Below, one piece after another: positions 1-14,600 of a stretch of DNA of 64,000 nucleotides (positions are counted from its first letter, which is position 1; each line of letters starts with the position of its first letter). Source of the DNA: the human T2T-CHM13v2.0 reference genome, Homo sapiens; NCBI RefSeq assembly GCF_009914755.1, contig NC_060928.1; one strand, 5' to 3'. The position numbers and the translations under genes were made by a program. Below the pieces are notes generated by a model. It did not search any database, was not told where the DNA came from, and saw nothing but the letters and a program-made list of their open reading frames with translations.

Positions 1-3000
1 AGCAAAGTGGATAAATTTGCAAAAAAGGTAATGGTTGAAGCTGTAAAGTTATATGGGTTATCAGAAGCAAAAAGAGAAAATGGTGAAGGAGAAACCCTTG
101 GACAATTATCTCCCTTTAACAATTGCCTTCCTAGTCAGTGAGATGAAAAAGTCAAGAAGTTGGATATAACTTCTCCGGTGACTCCAAAGTCATTCGTCAC
201 CTCAGAGTCCTGAACTGGCTCTATGCTGGTTAATTACTTAAGGAAAAGTCTTCCTGAAGAAATCACTTAAGGAGGCAGGTGTCTTACACCAAATTAATTC
301 CATACTGAGAATTGATGAAAACAGGATGGGGAATGCTTACTCACAGGAGAGTGTGTTAAGAATATCAGTAGGAGGGTCTATGCAGAACAACAAAAATAGG
401 AAATGGAGAATAAGGCCATAAACATTGTAAATTGCTGAATTTTTCAAAAGGACAACAAAATACAAAAATGGCATTCTGTGGCAGAAGATACGTTATGTAA
501 ACATGAATGTTCACCTCCATCACGGACAGGGTAAATTAGCCATGCTAAAATGAATCATTTACACAGAGATTTCTCCAATATGAAGTTAAGTTTACAGATT
601 GTAGATTCCAGAAAAAGACAACTAACCCATATTCCAGTAATGGTGACAACCACATTTTCTCCATTCATCGTCCTTACCCCAGTGCCACCAAGTATCTGCC
701 ACGGTCTCCGGAAACACTGATCTGGCTTCTTGGAACATGAACTTGTCTGGGATAACTGCCCTTGCGAAAGAGGATTGGCTCATTCTCCAATTGGATGACT
801 GCAGGGCCAGGACTGTGAAAATCTCATGTGTCCCATTAATTCTCTGAAATCTTTAAAAGGTTAGAAACATCAGAGTCTTGGAAATAAGTTAACATGCGAC
901 TGAAGAAAGTATACAGAACTTTTTGAAAGACAGTCCAGGTTACAGCTGCTGATGAAACCCCAATGCCATCAGTCACCAAAAATATCTCTGGCAGAGGCTG
1001 TGCAGAATATGAAACTGTGGAAAGCTAGATTCTTTTAAGCATACAGATAAAAATAATTAAAGTTTGGACTTTATTATTTCTGATCTTTAACTTGCAAAGT
1101 GTTATATCTATAGCTTTATTTCTCTTCATAAATTTATTAGTAGGATAGTTTATATTCAGATGGAAACATTTCTGTGTTTTACATGTTGTACTACTGGATT
1201 GTCCTTGTATACTTTACTATTGAAGTATCTTAATGCTGTCACTTCATCTGATAAATAAATTTCCTGCAAGCTCCATTGACAGTGTGGCTGGCCAAAATTT
1301 GGAGTGAAAAATATAACAGGAAGGGCGGTGTCAACTTTGGTTAAAAAGGCTGACCTTGAAGTTGATTATATGATGTACATTCCCAAACCATTTCATAACT
1401 TTATGAGGTGAGTATAAGTCACAAAGTTGGTCCAAGGATAAAACCTGAAAATATTCAGGTTGCCATTGAAGGAGTAGCCTCATAAGGATAAAAGCAGTGT
1501 AATCTTATCTTGGTAGAGGCCAAAAACCTCTCATGTAGCAGATAACAGATAACCACATTTTTATTGCATAGGCTTAGTAGGTAAACTCAATGGGCTAAGA
1601 GGACAAAAATTTGAAGAGTTTTAGGAAAGAGACCATCTTGTTCACTTTTCGACTCCTGATTCCTATAAAAAGAGATGTCTATGTGTCTAATTTTATGCCA
1701 CTACCATCCTGCCATGCTGTTTTGGTTACTATAGCTCTGTAGTATAATCTGAAGTAAGATAATGTGATTCCTCTGGTTTGGTTCTTTTTGCTCAGAATAG
1801 CTTTGACTATTCTGGGCCTTTTGTGGTTCCATATAAATTTTAGAACTGTTTTTTCTATTTCTGTGAAGACTGTCATCGGTATTTTGATAGAGATTGCATT
1901 GAATATGTAGATCATTTTGGGTAGTATGGACATTTTAATATTGATTCTTCAAATCCAAGAGAATGAAATATCTTTCCATATTTTTGTCCTCTTGAATTAC
2001 TCTCCTCAGTGTTTTATAGTTTTTACTGTAGAGATCTTTCACTTCTTTGGTTAAGTTACTTCATATGAATTTAATTTTATTTTAAGCTACTGTAAATGGG
2101 ATTGCATTTTAGTTTCTTTTTCACATTTTTAATATTTGCTGTTGGCATATAGAAATGCTACTGATTTTTGTACGTTGATTTTGTATCCTGCCACTTTACT
2201 GAATTTATTAGTGCAAATAGTATTTCTTGTTGTAATCTTTTGTTTTTCCCAAATATAAGATATTATCTGCAAAGAAGGATAATTTTACATTCTCCTTTCT
2301 GATTTGGATGCCCATTATTTCTTTGTCTTGTCTGATTGATCTAGCTAGAGCTTTCAGTACTATGTTGAATAACAGTGGTGATAGTGGACATCTTTGTCAT
2401 GTTCCAGATCTTAGAAGAAAGACTTTCAGTTTTTCCCTATTTAGTATGACACTAAATGTGGGTCTGTTGTACATGAATTTTATTATGTTGAGGTATGTTC
2501 CTTCAACACAAGTTTTTTGAGGGTTTTTATTATGAAGGGGTGTTAAATTTTTCTTCTCTGATTTTCAGAATCAGTTGAAATACTCATATGATTCATGGCC
2601 TTCATTCTGCTGACATGATGTATCACATTGATTAATTTGCATATGTTGAAGCATCTTTGAATTTCTGGAATAAATATAACTTGGTCATGACAAATGATCA
2701 TTTTAGTGTATTGTCGAATTTTGTTGAGGATTTTTGCATCTATGTTCATCAGGGATTGCCTGTAGTATTCTTTTCTTTTTTGTTATGTGTCTTTGTCTGG
2801 TTTTGGTATCCGGGTAATGCTGATGTAATAGAATGAATTTGAGTTGGATTGGTATTATTTATTCTTAAAATGTTTGGTAAATTTTAGCAGTAAAGCCACC
2901 AAGTCCCAGGTTTTTCTTTGCTAGGAGACTTTTTATTATGGCTTCAATCTCATTGCTTGTTATTTGTCTGTTCAGTTTTTAAATTTCATTATGGCTCAAT

Positions 3001-3335
3001 TTTGGTGGTTTGTATGTGTCTAGGAATTTATCCTTCTAGGTTTTCCAATTTATTGGCAAATACTTGCTTATAGTTACCTCTAATGATCCTTTGAATTTCT
3101 GCAGTATCAGTTTTAATGTCTCATTTTCCATCTCTGATTTTATTTGAGTCTTCTGTCTTTTTTCTTAGTTCGGTTAAAAGTTTGTCAATTTTATTTATCT
3201 TTTCAAAAACCAACTTTTCATTTCATCAATCATTTGTATTGTTTTCTTCATTTCAATTTAATTTGTTTCTGCTCTGATCTCTATTATTTCTTTTCTTTTA
3301 CTGATCTTTGGTTTGGTTTGCCCTTTATTTTCTAG

Positions 3336-3654
<319 letters not shown>

Positions 3655-5979
3655 TGTTTTCTAGTTTTTTTAAGATACATGGTTAGACTGTTTATTTGAA
3701 GTTTTTCTACTTTTTTGATGTAGTTGCATATAGCTATAAATTTCTCTCTTAGTACTGCTTTTGCTGTATCCTATAGGTTTTTACATGTCATGTTTCCATT
3801 ATCATTTGTTTCAAGAATTTTTCAATTTCCTTCTTAATTTCTTCATTGACCCACTGATCATTCAATATCATGTTGTATAATTTTCATGTGTTTGTATAGT
3901 TTCCAAAATTCCTCTGTTATTGGCTTCTAATTTTATTCCATTGTGATTAGAGAAGGTGCTCGATATTATTTCAGTTTTTTGGAATGTATTAAAACTTGTT
4001 TTGTGGGCTAACATATTGTCTATCCTTGACAATGATTCATGTGTTGAGGAAAAGAGTGTGTATACTGCAGTCATTGAATGAAATGTCCTGTAAACATCTA
4101 TTTGGTACATTTGGTCTAAAGTGCAGTTTACATCTGATGTTTCTTTGTTGATTTTCTGTCTGGATGATCTTTCCAAAGGTAAAAGTGAGATGTTAAAGTC
4201 TCCAGCTATTATTGTAATTGAGGCCTATCTCTTTCTCTTTAGCTCTTATAATATTTGCTTATTTATTGCTCCAGTGTTGGGTGCATATATATGTACAATT
4301 GTTACATTCTCTTGCTAAATTAACCACTTTGTCATTATATAATGGCCTTCTTTGTCTCTTTTTATAGTTTTTGTCTTAAAATCTATTTTATGTGATATAA
4401 GTGTGGCCACTGCTGCTTTTTTTGTTCCCATTTGCGTGGAATATCTTTTTTCTATCACATTATTTTCAGTCTATGTGTGTCTTTATAGGTGAAGTGTGTT
4501 TCTTGTAGGCAAAAGATCATTGAGTTTCATTTTTTTTTAATAGATTTAGCCACTCCATGTCTTTTGATTGGAGAGTTTAGTCCATTTTCATTCAGTGCTC
4601 TTATTGATAAATAAGGACTTATTTTGCTATTTTGTTGGTTGTTTTCTGTTTTTTTTTTTTTTGTGGTCTTCTCTTCCTTCTTTCCTTCTGTCTTGTCTTC
4701 CTTTTAGACAAAGTGATTTTCTCTGGTGGTATATTTTACTTTTTATTTTTTGTATGTATGTTGTATGTTTTTTATTTGAGGTTACCATAAAGCTTGAAAA
4801 TAAGTTCTTATAATCCATTGTTTTAAACTGATGACAACATAACACTGATTGCACAAACTAACAGACATGCAAATAAAAAATTAATAAAAACTCTACACTT
4901 CAACTGGATGCCCTCACTTTTAAACATTTTGTTTCTGTTTGTATCTTATTGGACTACCTATGTCTTGAAAAGTTGTTGTAGTTATTATTTTTGATCAGTT
5001 CAGTTTTTAGTCTTCCTATTTAAGATATGAGTGGTTTATACACCACAATTACAGTGTTATAATATCCTGTGTTTTTCTGTGTACTTACAATTGCTGGTGA
5101 GTTTTGTACCTTTAGGTGATTCTTATTGCTCATTAATATTATTTTCTTTCAGATTTAAGAACTCCTATTAGGATTTCTTGTAAAACAGCTCTGGTGTTGA
5201 TGAAATCCCTTAACTTTTGTTTGTCTGAGAAGGTCTTTATTTCTTCTTTATGTTTGAAGGGTATTTTTGCCTGATATACTATTCTAGGGTAAAAAGGTTT
5301 TTTTTTCCTTCAGCACTTTAAATATATCATGGCATTCTATTCTGATCTGTAAGGTTTCCATTGAAAAGTCGGCTGCCAGACATATTGGTGTACCATTGTA
5401 TGTTATCTGTTTCTTTTCACTTGCTACGTTTAAGATCCTTTCTTTACCTTGATCTTTGGGAGACTGATTATTAAATGCCTTCTTTGGATTAAATCTGCTT
5501 TGTGTTCTATCACCTTCTTTACTTAAATATAGATATTCTTCTCCAGGTTTGGAAAGGTCTCTTGTCATCCTTTTGAATAAACTTTCTACCTCTATCTCTC
5601 TCTCTCTCCCTCCTCTTTAAAGCCAGTAACTTAGATTTGGCCTTCTGAAAATATTTTCTAAATCTCGTAGGCATGCTTCAATCTTTTTTATTCTTTCTTT
5701 TGTTCCCTCTGACTTTTGTTTCCTTTGACTTTCAAATAGTCTGCCTTCAAGCTCACTAATTCTTTCTTCTGCTTAATCAATTCTCTTATTAACAGACTCT
5801 GATGCATTCTTCAGTATGTCAATTGCATTTTTCACCTCCAGAATTTCTGCTTGATTCTTTTTAATTGTTTCAATCTCTTTGTTAAATTTATCTGATAGGA
5901 TTCTGAATTCTTTCTCTATGTTATCTTAAATTTCTTTGAGTTTCCTCAAAACAGGTGCTTTGAATTCTCTGAAAAGCCA

Positions 5980-5981
<2 letters not shown>

Positions 5982-6029
<48 letters not shown>

Positions 6030-6040
6030 ACTCTTTCTCT
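5982..6040. repeat. (CT)n microsatellite
   Basis: About 59 bp of TC repeats with three interruptions, inside the L1. Confidence 0.97.
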
Positions 6041-9000
6041 GGGATTTGTTCCTGGGGTCTTATTATGTTTATTTGATGAGGTCATGTTTTCCTGAATGGT
6101 CTTGATGCTTGATGATATTCATTCGTGTCTGGACATTGAACAGTTATGTATTTATTGTAATCTTCACAGTCTGGGCTTGCTTATACCCATCCTTCCTTGG
6201 AAGGCTTTCCAGATATTCAAAGGGACTCGGGTTTTGTAATCCAAGTTTTTGATCACTGCTGCAATATCTGCAGCAGGGGCCACCACAAGCCCAGTAACAT
6301 TGTGGCTCTTGCAGACTCACAGAAGTACCACCTTGGTAGTCTTGGATAACATCTGCAAGAATTATCTGTATTACCAGGCAGAGACTCTTATTCTCTTCTC
6401 TTAGTTTCCTCTAAACAAATGGAATCTCACTTTCTGTGCCGAGCTACCTGGAGCTGAGGGAGGGGTGACTCAAGCATCCATGTGGCCACTACTCTGGTAT
6501 GGGCCAGATCTAAAGGATCACTGTGATCACTACCTACCACCTATGTCTACTCAAAGTCCTAAGGCTCTACAGTCTTCAGGTGGCAAAGCCAGCCAGGCTT
6601 ATGTTGTTTCCTTCAGGGTGGCAAGATTCCCTGGCCTCATATTGTTCCTGATATGCCACCCAGGAAGCAAAGTGTAGAGTCAGAAACCTTAAAAACTTAC
6701 CTGGTGCTCTGTTCTACTGCAGTTTAACTGGTCTTTAAACCACAAGACAAAGCTCTTCCTAGTCTTCCGTCCCCTTTCCACAGGCAGAGGAGTCTTTCCC
6801 TGTGGCCACCACCATCTCGAGCCCATGCACAATATTGCCATGCTACTGTCAATTTTCACTTAAGGCCCAAGGGCTCTTCAGTCAGCTTCTGGTGAATGCT
6901 GTCTTGCCTGAGACTCACCTTTCAAGGCAATGAGCTCCCCTCTGGCCCAGGGAAGGTCCAGAAATGCCATCCAAAATCCAAGGCCTGGAATCTGGGACCC
7001 CAAAAGCCTGCTTAATGTTATACCCCATTGTGGTGGAGTTGGTACTTAAGATGCAAGACTAAGTCCCCTTTAGTCTTCCCTCCACTTTTCTCAAGCAGAA
7101 GTAGTCGCTCCTCAGCCACTACAGCTGGGATTGTGCTAGGTCACACCAGAAAACTGAACATCTCAGAGTCTTGTGCAAGGCACAGGGTAAGTGCTGTCTG
7201 GGTACCACTGCTGATTATTCAGGGCCAAAGGACATTTTATTTGGAAATTGATAAATCCTGCCAAGACTGGGTCCTTTCCTTTAAGGCAGTGGGTTCCTTT
7301 CTAGTCCAGGGTGTGCTAGAAATGTAGTCTCAGAAATAGGGCCTGCAATGCGGGCCTCACAAGTCGTCCCAGTGCCCTATCCTACTGTGGCTGAGCTAGT
7401 ACCCAAGTTGCAAGACAAAGTTCTCTTTACTCTTCCATCTCCTCTTGTCAAGCAGAACAAAGGACTCTCATTCAGAGCTGTGACCTGCACTGCATGGGGT
7501 TGGAAAAAGGGTGCAGGCACTCCCTTAGCTGCCCTGGCTGGTGTTTCACTAGTTTGCATGCCCCCGGAGTCCACTAGCTTTGAACCCAGCACATCACTAG
7601 ACTTGCCTAAGAGTTACAGTCATTGTGGCCTAGACTGCCTTTCAAGTTTATTTAGGATCCCAGAGTACTATAGCCTACAATGGCAAGGCTTGCAGAAACT
7701 CAAGTTTTATCCACTGAGATGTGCAATTCCCCTCTGGTTAGGGCTCATCTAAATGCTCCCTCCCTGGACGCTGGATGAGTTCTGCCTGATGATACTTTCT
7801 GCTGTGACAGGGCAGAACTATGTTCCAGTGCATAGTTCCCACAATTACTGCATTACTGCAGTCCCCCACCACCAAATGCAGATTCTCTACACCACATGGC
7901 CACTGCTGGAGGGCGGGGGAGGAGTGGTGTTGGCCACTCAAGACTGTCTTTCATCACTCTTCAATGCCTCTTTCATCAATATAAAATTAAAATCAGTTAC
8001 TATAATTGCTCACCTGATTTTTTATTCTTTTGAAGGTGATTTTTTTTTCTGTACATAGTTGTTAAATTTGATGTTGCAGTGGGGAGTACAATCAGCGAAG
8101 GCTTCTATTTGGCCGTATTACACCACCTCCTCTCTTAGTAAAGGAAAAATTTAAAAATGAAAACTTTTTTTTTATTTAATTTAAATTTTTCAAAAAATGT
8201 TTAATTTTTTGTACTCAATTTTATTTTTTGCCTTTTATCTAAATTTGAATTATTATTTCTGCCTTTATTGTCACACTTAACATACCAAAATTAAATTTCT
8301 CATTTAAATAGAAGTACTTTTATGGTTGTATACTTTATATTTAAATTTTTCATGCTAGCTTTTTAAGTTTTAATTTTGGTACAAGTCATGAGTTGGGAAT
8401 CAATTCTGTTCCAAAGGATCAGGCAGTTGTTTGAACACCATTCATTGTCATTTAATTTTAGTCATACATTAAATTAATAGATGTATTTGTCTATTTCTGC
8501 TCTGTCTAGCTTTAATAATATGTTGCTTACTTCTCCAATAAGAAGACTTTAATTATGGCAGCTTTAAGCAATTATTTCAATATTTGGTAAAGAAAGTCTT
8601 CTTTTATTATTCCTCTTTTCAAATTTAATTTTAACTTGTGAAGAGTGTTTTCCGGACAAATTTTTCACATAGATTTTTTTAATAAGAAAAATAATTCTAC
8701 TAGAGTTTCTGACTGTCATAAAATATATAAGTTAATCTAGAATTCTATATTTATTAATTTAATCACCATCTTCTTCATGTCCTCCATTGATTTTCTGTCA
8801 ACATTCTCATGATGGTATAATATGTCGCTTTTAATATTTATTTTAGTTGCTTATATTTCTGTCACTAATTCAATAGGGTATTTTGTCTTGAAAATATTTT
8901 CTACCTGGCTAATATTGGTATACAAGAAGGCTCTTATTCTTTCAAATGTCTCATAATTGTTCGTGTTCTAAATTCTTTTATTAATTCAAATAATTGTTCC

Positions 9001-9286
9001 ATTGATTTTTTGAGAGGTGTACATTTATAATATTTACAATTATGTTTTGTTTAAATGTTCACTATTTATAACACGTTTTAAAATTTTAACTTAATTATAT
9101 TGGAAAGTATGGAGAATCATAACAAAATTTCCCTGTGCTGACTTTGACATGACTTTTTCCAGTAACTTGCCTTTAAACATCATCGTTGTTATTAGTTTAG
9201 GATAGACTACTTAAATGTTGCTACACTTTATTTTGAGTGGATATTTGCGGGTTTTGTTTTTTTTTTTAAATCAAAAGTGAATTTTA

Positions 9287-9569
9287 GGCCAGGCATGTTG
9301 GCTCATGCCTGTAATCTCAGCATTTTGGGAGACTGGCAGGAGGATTACTTGAGCCTAGGAGTTCGAAACCAGCCTGGACAAGATAGCAAGACCTCTTTTG
9401 TACCAAAAATAAACATAATACTAAAACAATAGCTGGTGCCAAACACCTGTAATCCCAGTTCCTTCCGAGGTTACTGTGGGAAGATAGCTTGAGCCAAGGA
9501 GGTAAATGCTGCAGTGAGTCATGATCCTGCCACTGCACTCCAGCCTGGGAGATCCTGTTTCAAAAAAAG
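9287..9569 (+). mobile_element. AluJ
   Basis: ggccaggcatgttggctcatgcctgtaatc...; J-type ggattacttgagcctaggag; 12-bp TSD aagtgaatttta at 9275-9286 and 9570-9581. Confidence 0.95.
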
Positions 9570-9599
9570 AAGTGAATTTTAAATAACAGATGCAGGAAT

Positions 9600-9830
9600 A
9601 TAAAATCTACAGTCATGCAGCCTGTGTTCTAGCAATGTTGCTACTCACAGAAAACATTAAGAAAATTATTCAATTAATTGTAACTTTGAATTTCTCATTT
9701 GAAAAGTGTCAATGATAATGTTTCTATTATCTTTCTACTCAGAAAATTAGGTAAGGTAATTCTTGTGAAATTATTACTTGACAATGCTGGGCAATGTTAA
9801 GTGCTAAATAAATATTAGTATTATTATTTA
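9600..9830 (+). mobile_element. MIR SINE (diverged)
   Basis: Core-like tttctcatttgaaaagtg and MIR 3' end aagtgctaaataaatattagtattattatt. Confidence 0.6.
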
Positions 9831-11202
9831 CCATGATTATCTCCTTGTTTTCCCCTGAAAATGTTTAATTTAATGAGTAGATATCAAATACATTTCTCGA
9901 AAATTGAAAAAGTGTCTGGCCTGTAGTAAACAATAACTTCTAGCATCACTATTGATGATATTAAATTATGGCTTTATCTAAATTAACAAACACTGCAAGG
10001 ATGTTACTTTTTTTCCTAAATATGTGGATTTTTTTAGTTATATTTTGGTCATTTTTTTCTAGCTTAATTCTACTTTTGTCAAAGAATATCTCTTCAACTT
10101 TTCACGCCTTTGATATTTGTTTGTACATGCTCTTTGTCATACAATATAGTAAGTTTTGGTAAATGTTCTCTGTGATCTGAAAAAGGAAGTGTATTTTGAA
10201 GTTCTTGAGTTCAGTGTTCTGTATTTGTCAATTAAACCATGTATATTTCTATATATTTATTGATGTTTTTGTGCATTTGTTCTCAGATAATGAGAGGTGT
10301 GTTAAAATTCCCACTATGATTCAGATGTATTTCTTTTTAGTGCTGTGAGTTTTTACTTTATTTGATATTTTTAAGTGAGTTACTGGAGCACGCCATTTTA
10401 GAATCACTATTTCTTTCTGGTTAATTGACCATTGTATCTTTGAACTATTCCTCTATCATGAACGTGTATATTTTTGTGCTCAATTCTTCATTGTTAGACA
10501 TTTATTTAGCTAAACTATCTTTCTTTTACTGTTTAGATACTAGGTTTAGATTATAAATGTGTATGAAGTTGCTTTTATCTTAGTCATTGTTTTGAGATTG
10601 TAACATGAATCCTTGCCTTAATACAGTCTAATATAAATTGATTTTTACAATGTTTAAAACACTTTAATTTCTTTTTCTCCTTTTCCTGATACATGAGCTA
10701 GTGTTGTAATATGTTTTAATTTTATTTATATAAACCAACAATATTCATTTTTGGTTTTTAAATATATTTTATGTTTTTTCCATTTGAATCTTTTTTATTT
10801 TTATTTTAGTTTAGATTCAGGGAGTACATGCATAGGTATCTCACATAGGTATACCTCATAATTCTGAGGTTTGGGTTATGGATGGTTCCATCACCCAGGT
10901 ACTGAGCATAGAACCCAATAGGTAGTTTTTCAGCACAAGATCCTCTCCCTACCATTCTCCTCTAGCAGTCCTCAGTGTCTATTATTCTCCTATTTGTGTC
11001 CATGTATATTCAATGTTTATTTCCTATTTATAAGTGAGAACATGCAGTATTTGGTTTTCTGTTTCTGTGTTAATTTGCATATGATAATGGCCTGCAGCTG
11101 AATCCATGTTGCTAATAAGGACAAGATTTTACTCTTTTTCATGGTCGTGTAGTCTTCCATGTATATGTACCACATTTTATTTATCTTATCCACTGATGAT
11201 GT

Positions 11203-11616
11203 TAATATGGTTTGGATCTCTGTCCCTGTCCAAATCTCATGTCAAACTGTAATCCCCAGTGTTGGAAGTGGGGCCTGGTGGCAGGTGATTGTATCATGGG
11301 GATGGAGTTCTCATGAATGGTTTAGAACCAACCCTTTGGTGCTGTTTTCCTGATAGCATTCTCATGAAATCTGGTTGTTTAAAAATATGTGGTGTCCCCC
11401 GACCCCATCTCACTCCCTTTCTTCTGCTCAGGCTATATAAGACATGCCTGCTTTCCATTACCCTTCTACCATGAGTGAAAGTTTCCTGAGGCCTTTCCAG
11501 AAGCCGTCATGCTTCCCGTACAACCCACAGAACTATGAGCCAGTTAAAACTCTTTTCTTTATAAAGTAACCAGACTCAGGTATTACTTTATAGCAGTACA
11601 AGAGAAAACTAATACA
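11203..11616 (+). mobile_element. MSTA-type MaLR solo LTR
   Basis: taatatggtttggatctctgtccc...caaatctcatg start and ...agagaaaactaataca end; the L1 is colinear on both sides; degenerate 5-bp TSD gatgt/aatgg. Confidence 0.9.
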
Positions 11617-14600
11617 AATGGGCACCTAGATTGATTCCATGTCTTTACTATTGTGAATAGCACTGAGATGAACACAAAAGTACATGTGTCTTTTTAGTAG
11701 AACAATTTATTTTCCTTTGAGTGTATACCCAGTAATGGGATTGCTATGTCAAATGGTAGCTCTGTTTTAAATTTTTTTTAAATTCTCCAAACTGCTCCCC
11801 ACAGTGCCTGAATTAATTTGTATTCCCACCAACAGTGTATAAGCATTTCCTTTTCTCCACAGCCTTGCCAGCATCTGTTATTTTTTGACTTTTTACTAAT
11901 TTCCATTCTGACTAGTATATAATTATTGTTTTGATTTGCATTTCTCTGATCAGTGATGTTGAGCATTTTTTCATATGTTTGTTGGCTGCTTGCATGTATC
12001 TTTTGAGAAGTATCTGTTCAAGTCTTTTGCCCATTTCTTAATTGTGTTATTTGATTTTTCCTTGTTGATGTTTAATTTCCTTGTAGATTCTGGATATTAG
12101 ATCATTTTCAGATGTATAGTTTGTAAATATTTTCTCCCAATCTGTAGCCTGTTTGTTTACTCTGTTGATACTTTATTTTACTATGCAAAAGCTCTTTAGT
12201 TTAATGAGGTATCACTTGTTAATTTTTGTTTATGTTGCAATTGCTTTAGAGAGCTTAGCCATAAATTCTTTCCCAAAACCAATATCGAGAAGGGTATTTA
12301 CTAGATTTTCTTCCAGGATTTTTACAGTTTGAGGTCTTGCACTTAAATATTTTATCCATATTGAGTTAATTTTTGTATATGGTGAAAGGTAGAGAACCAG
12401 TTACATTCTTCTGCATATGGCTAGCCACCTATCCTAGCACCATTTATTTAATAGGGAGTCCTTTTCCCATTGCTATTTTCATTGACTTTGTCAAAGATCA
12501 GATGGTTGGAGGTGTGTGGCTTTATTTCTGGATTCTCTATTCTGTTTCATTGGTCTACATATCTGTTTTTGTATGAATGCCATACTGTTTTGGTTGCTGT
12601 AGCCTTATAGTATAGTTTGAAGTGAGTAATGTGATCCTTGCAGCTTTATTCCCTTTGCTTAGGATTGCTTTGGATGTTTGGGTTTATTTTGGGTTCCATG
12701 TGAATTTTAGAATAGTTTTTTTTTTTCTAATTCAGTGAAAAAAAGAGGCATTTTGATAACAATAGCACTGAATCTGTACATTTTATTGGGCAGTTTGGCA
12801 TTTTAGTGTTATTGTTTCTTTTAATCCATGAACATGGAATAGTTTTTCCATTTATTTTTGTCATCTCTAATTTCTTTCAGATGTGTTTTGTAGTTCTCCT
12901 TGTAAAGACGTTTTACCTCCTTGTTTCTGTGTATTTCTAGGTATTTCATTTTTGGTGGCTATTGCAAATGGGATTGTGTTCGTGATTTGGCTCTCAGCTA
13001 GAATGTTATTAGGGTAGAGAAACACTACTGATGTTTTTACACTGATATTATATTCTGAAACTTCACTGAAATTGTTATGCAGGAGACTGTTAGAGTCTTT
13101 AGCTTTTTCTATGTATAGGATCATGTCATCAGCAAAGATAGTTTTACTCCTTTTCCTATTTAAAATCATTTTATTTCTGTCTTTTGCCTGATTGCTCTGG
13201 CTAAGACTTCCAGAATTATGTTGAATAGGAGTGGCAAGAGTGGTCTTGTTCTGGTTCCCAAGAGGAATAGTTTTAGCTTTTGCCCATTCAGTATGATGTT
13301 GGCTGTGGGTTTCTCATAGATGGCTCTTACTATTTTGAGGTACGTTCTTTCAATGCCTAGCCTGTTGGGGGATTTATCCTGAAAGGATGTTGAGTTTTAT
13401 CAAAGGCTTTTCTTTGCATCTATTGAGATAATAATGTAATTTTTGTTTTTGATTCTGTTTATGCAGAATCACATTTATTGATTTGTATATGTTGAACCAA
13501 TCTTGTGTCCCAGGAATAAAGCCCACTTGATCATGCTGAAGTAACTTTTTGGTGTGCTGCTGTAGTTGATTTGCCAGGATTTTGTTAAGGTTTTTACACC
13601 TATGTTCATTAGGAATATTGGCTTGAAGTTATCTTGTCTCTGCCAGATTTTGGTATCAGGATGATGCTGGCTTTGTAAAATGAGTTAGGGAGGAGTCCTA
13701 CCTCCTTATTTTTTGAAATATTTTCAGACGGATTGCTGTCAGTATTTTGCACTTCTGGTAGAATTTGGCTGTGAATCCATCTGGTCCATATGTTGTTGTT
13801 GTCGTTGCTGTTGTTGTGAGATTGTTTTATTACTGATTCAGATTGTGGGACTTGTAATTAGTCTGTTCAGGTTCTCACTTTCTTTCTGGTTCAATATTGT
13901 GAGGTTGTGTGTTTCCATAACAGGCTCTGAAGATATTTTGTATTTTTTGGGATTGTTTGTAATGCCATCTTTGTCATTTCTAATTGTGTTTGTTTTAATC
14001 TTTTTTCTTCTTTGTTAATCCAGTTAGCATTCTATCAATCATGTTTATTCTTTTGAAGAACTGACTCTTGGTTTCATTGAGCTTAAAATGGACTTTTGCA
14101 TCTCAATTACATTAAGATCTTCTCTGATTTAGTTATTTATTTCTTTTGCTATCTTTGGAGTTTTTTTTTTTCTTGTTCCTCTAAGTGTGACATTACATTG
14201 TTAATTTGAGATCTTTCTAACTGCTTGATGGAGACATTTAGCACTGTAAACTTTCCTCTTAACACTGCTTTAGTTGCAACCCAATTAGTTTGGTAAGTTG
14301 AGTCTCTGTTTTCATTAATTTCAAATAGTTTTTTATTGCCACCTTAATTTTGTTGTTCACCCAAGAGTTATTTAGGAGCAAGTTTCTAATTATCATGTTT
14401 TTGCATAGTTTTGAGAGTTGTTCTTTTTAATAATTTCTATTTTTACTGCACTGTGGTCCAAGAATGTTGTTGGTATAATTTCTACATTTTTGAATTTATT
14501 GAGACTGGCTTTATGACTGAGCATGTGGTCAATCTTAGAATATGTTTCATATATGGATGAGAAGAATGCTGTATTGTTGGGTAGAGTATTCCGTAGACGT

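Larger units (their letters stand above)
8200..10750 (-). mobile_element. Ancient, highly diverged LINE-1 (L1ME-like) ORF2 fragments, interrupted by AluJ and MIR
   Basis: Degenerate antisense L1 motifs, e.g. cagttgtttgaacaccattcattg (~8425) and ttggtaaatgttctctgtgatctgaaaaaggaagtgtatt (~10160). Confidence 0.6.

Noticed and set aside
6050-8135. GC-richer region as a host promoter or CpG island
   Set aside because: It is CpG-depleted and is explained by the L1 5'UTR.
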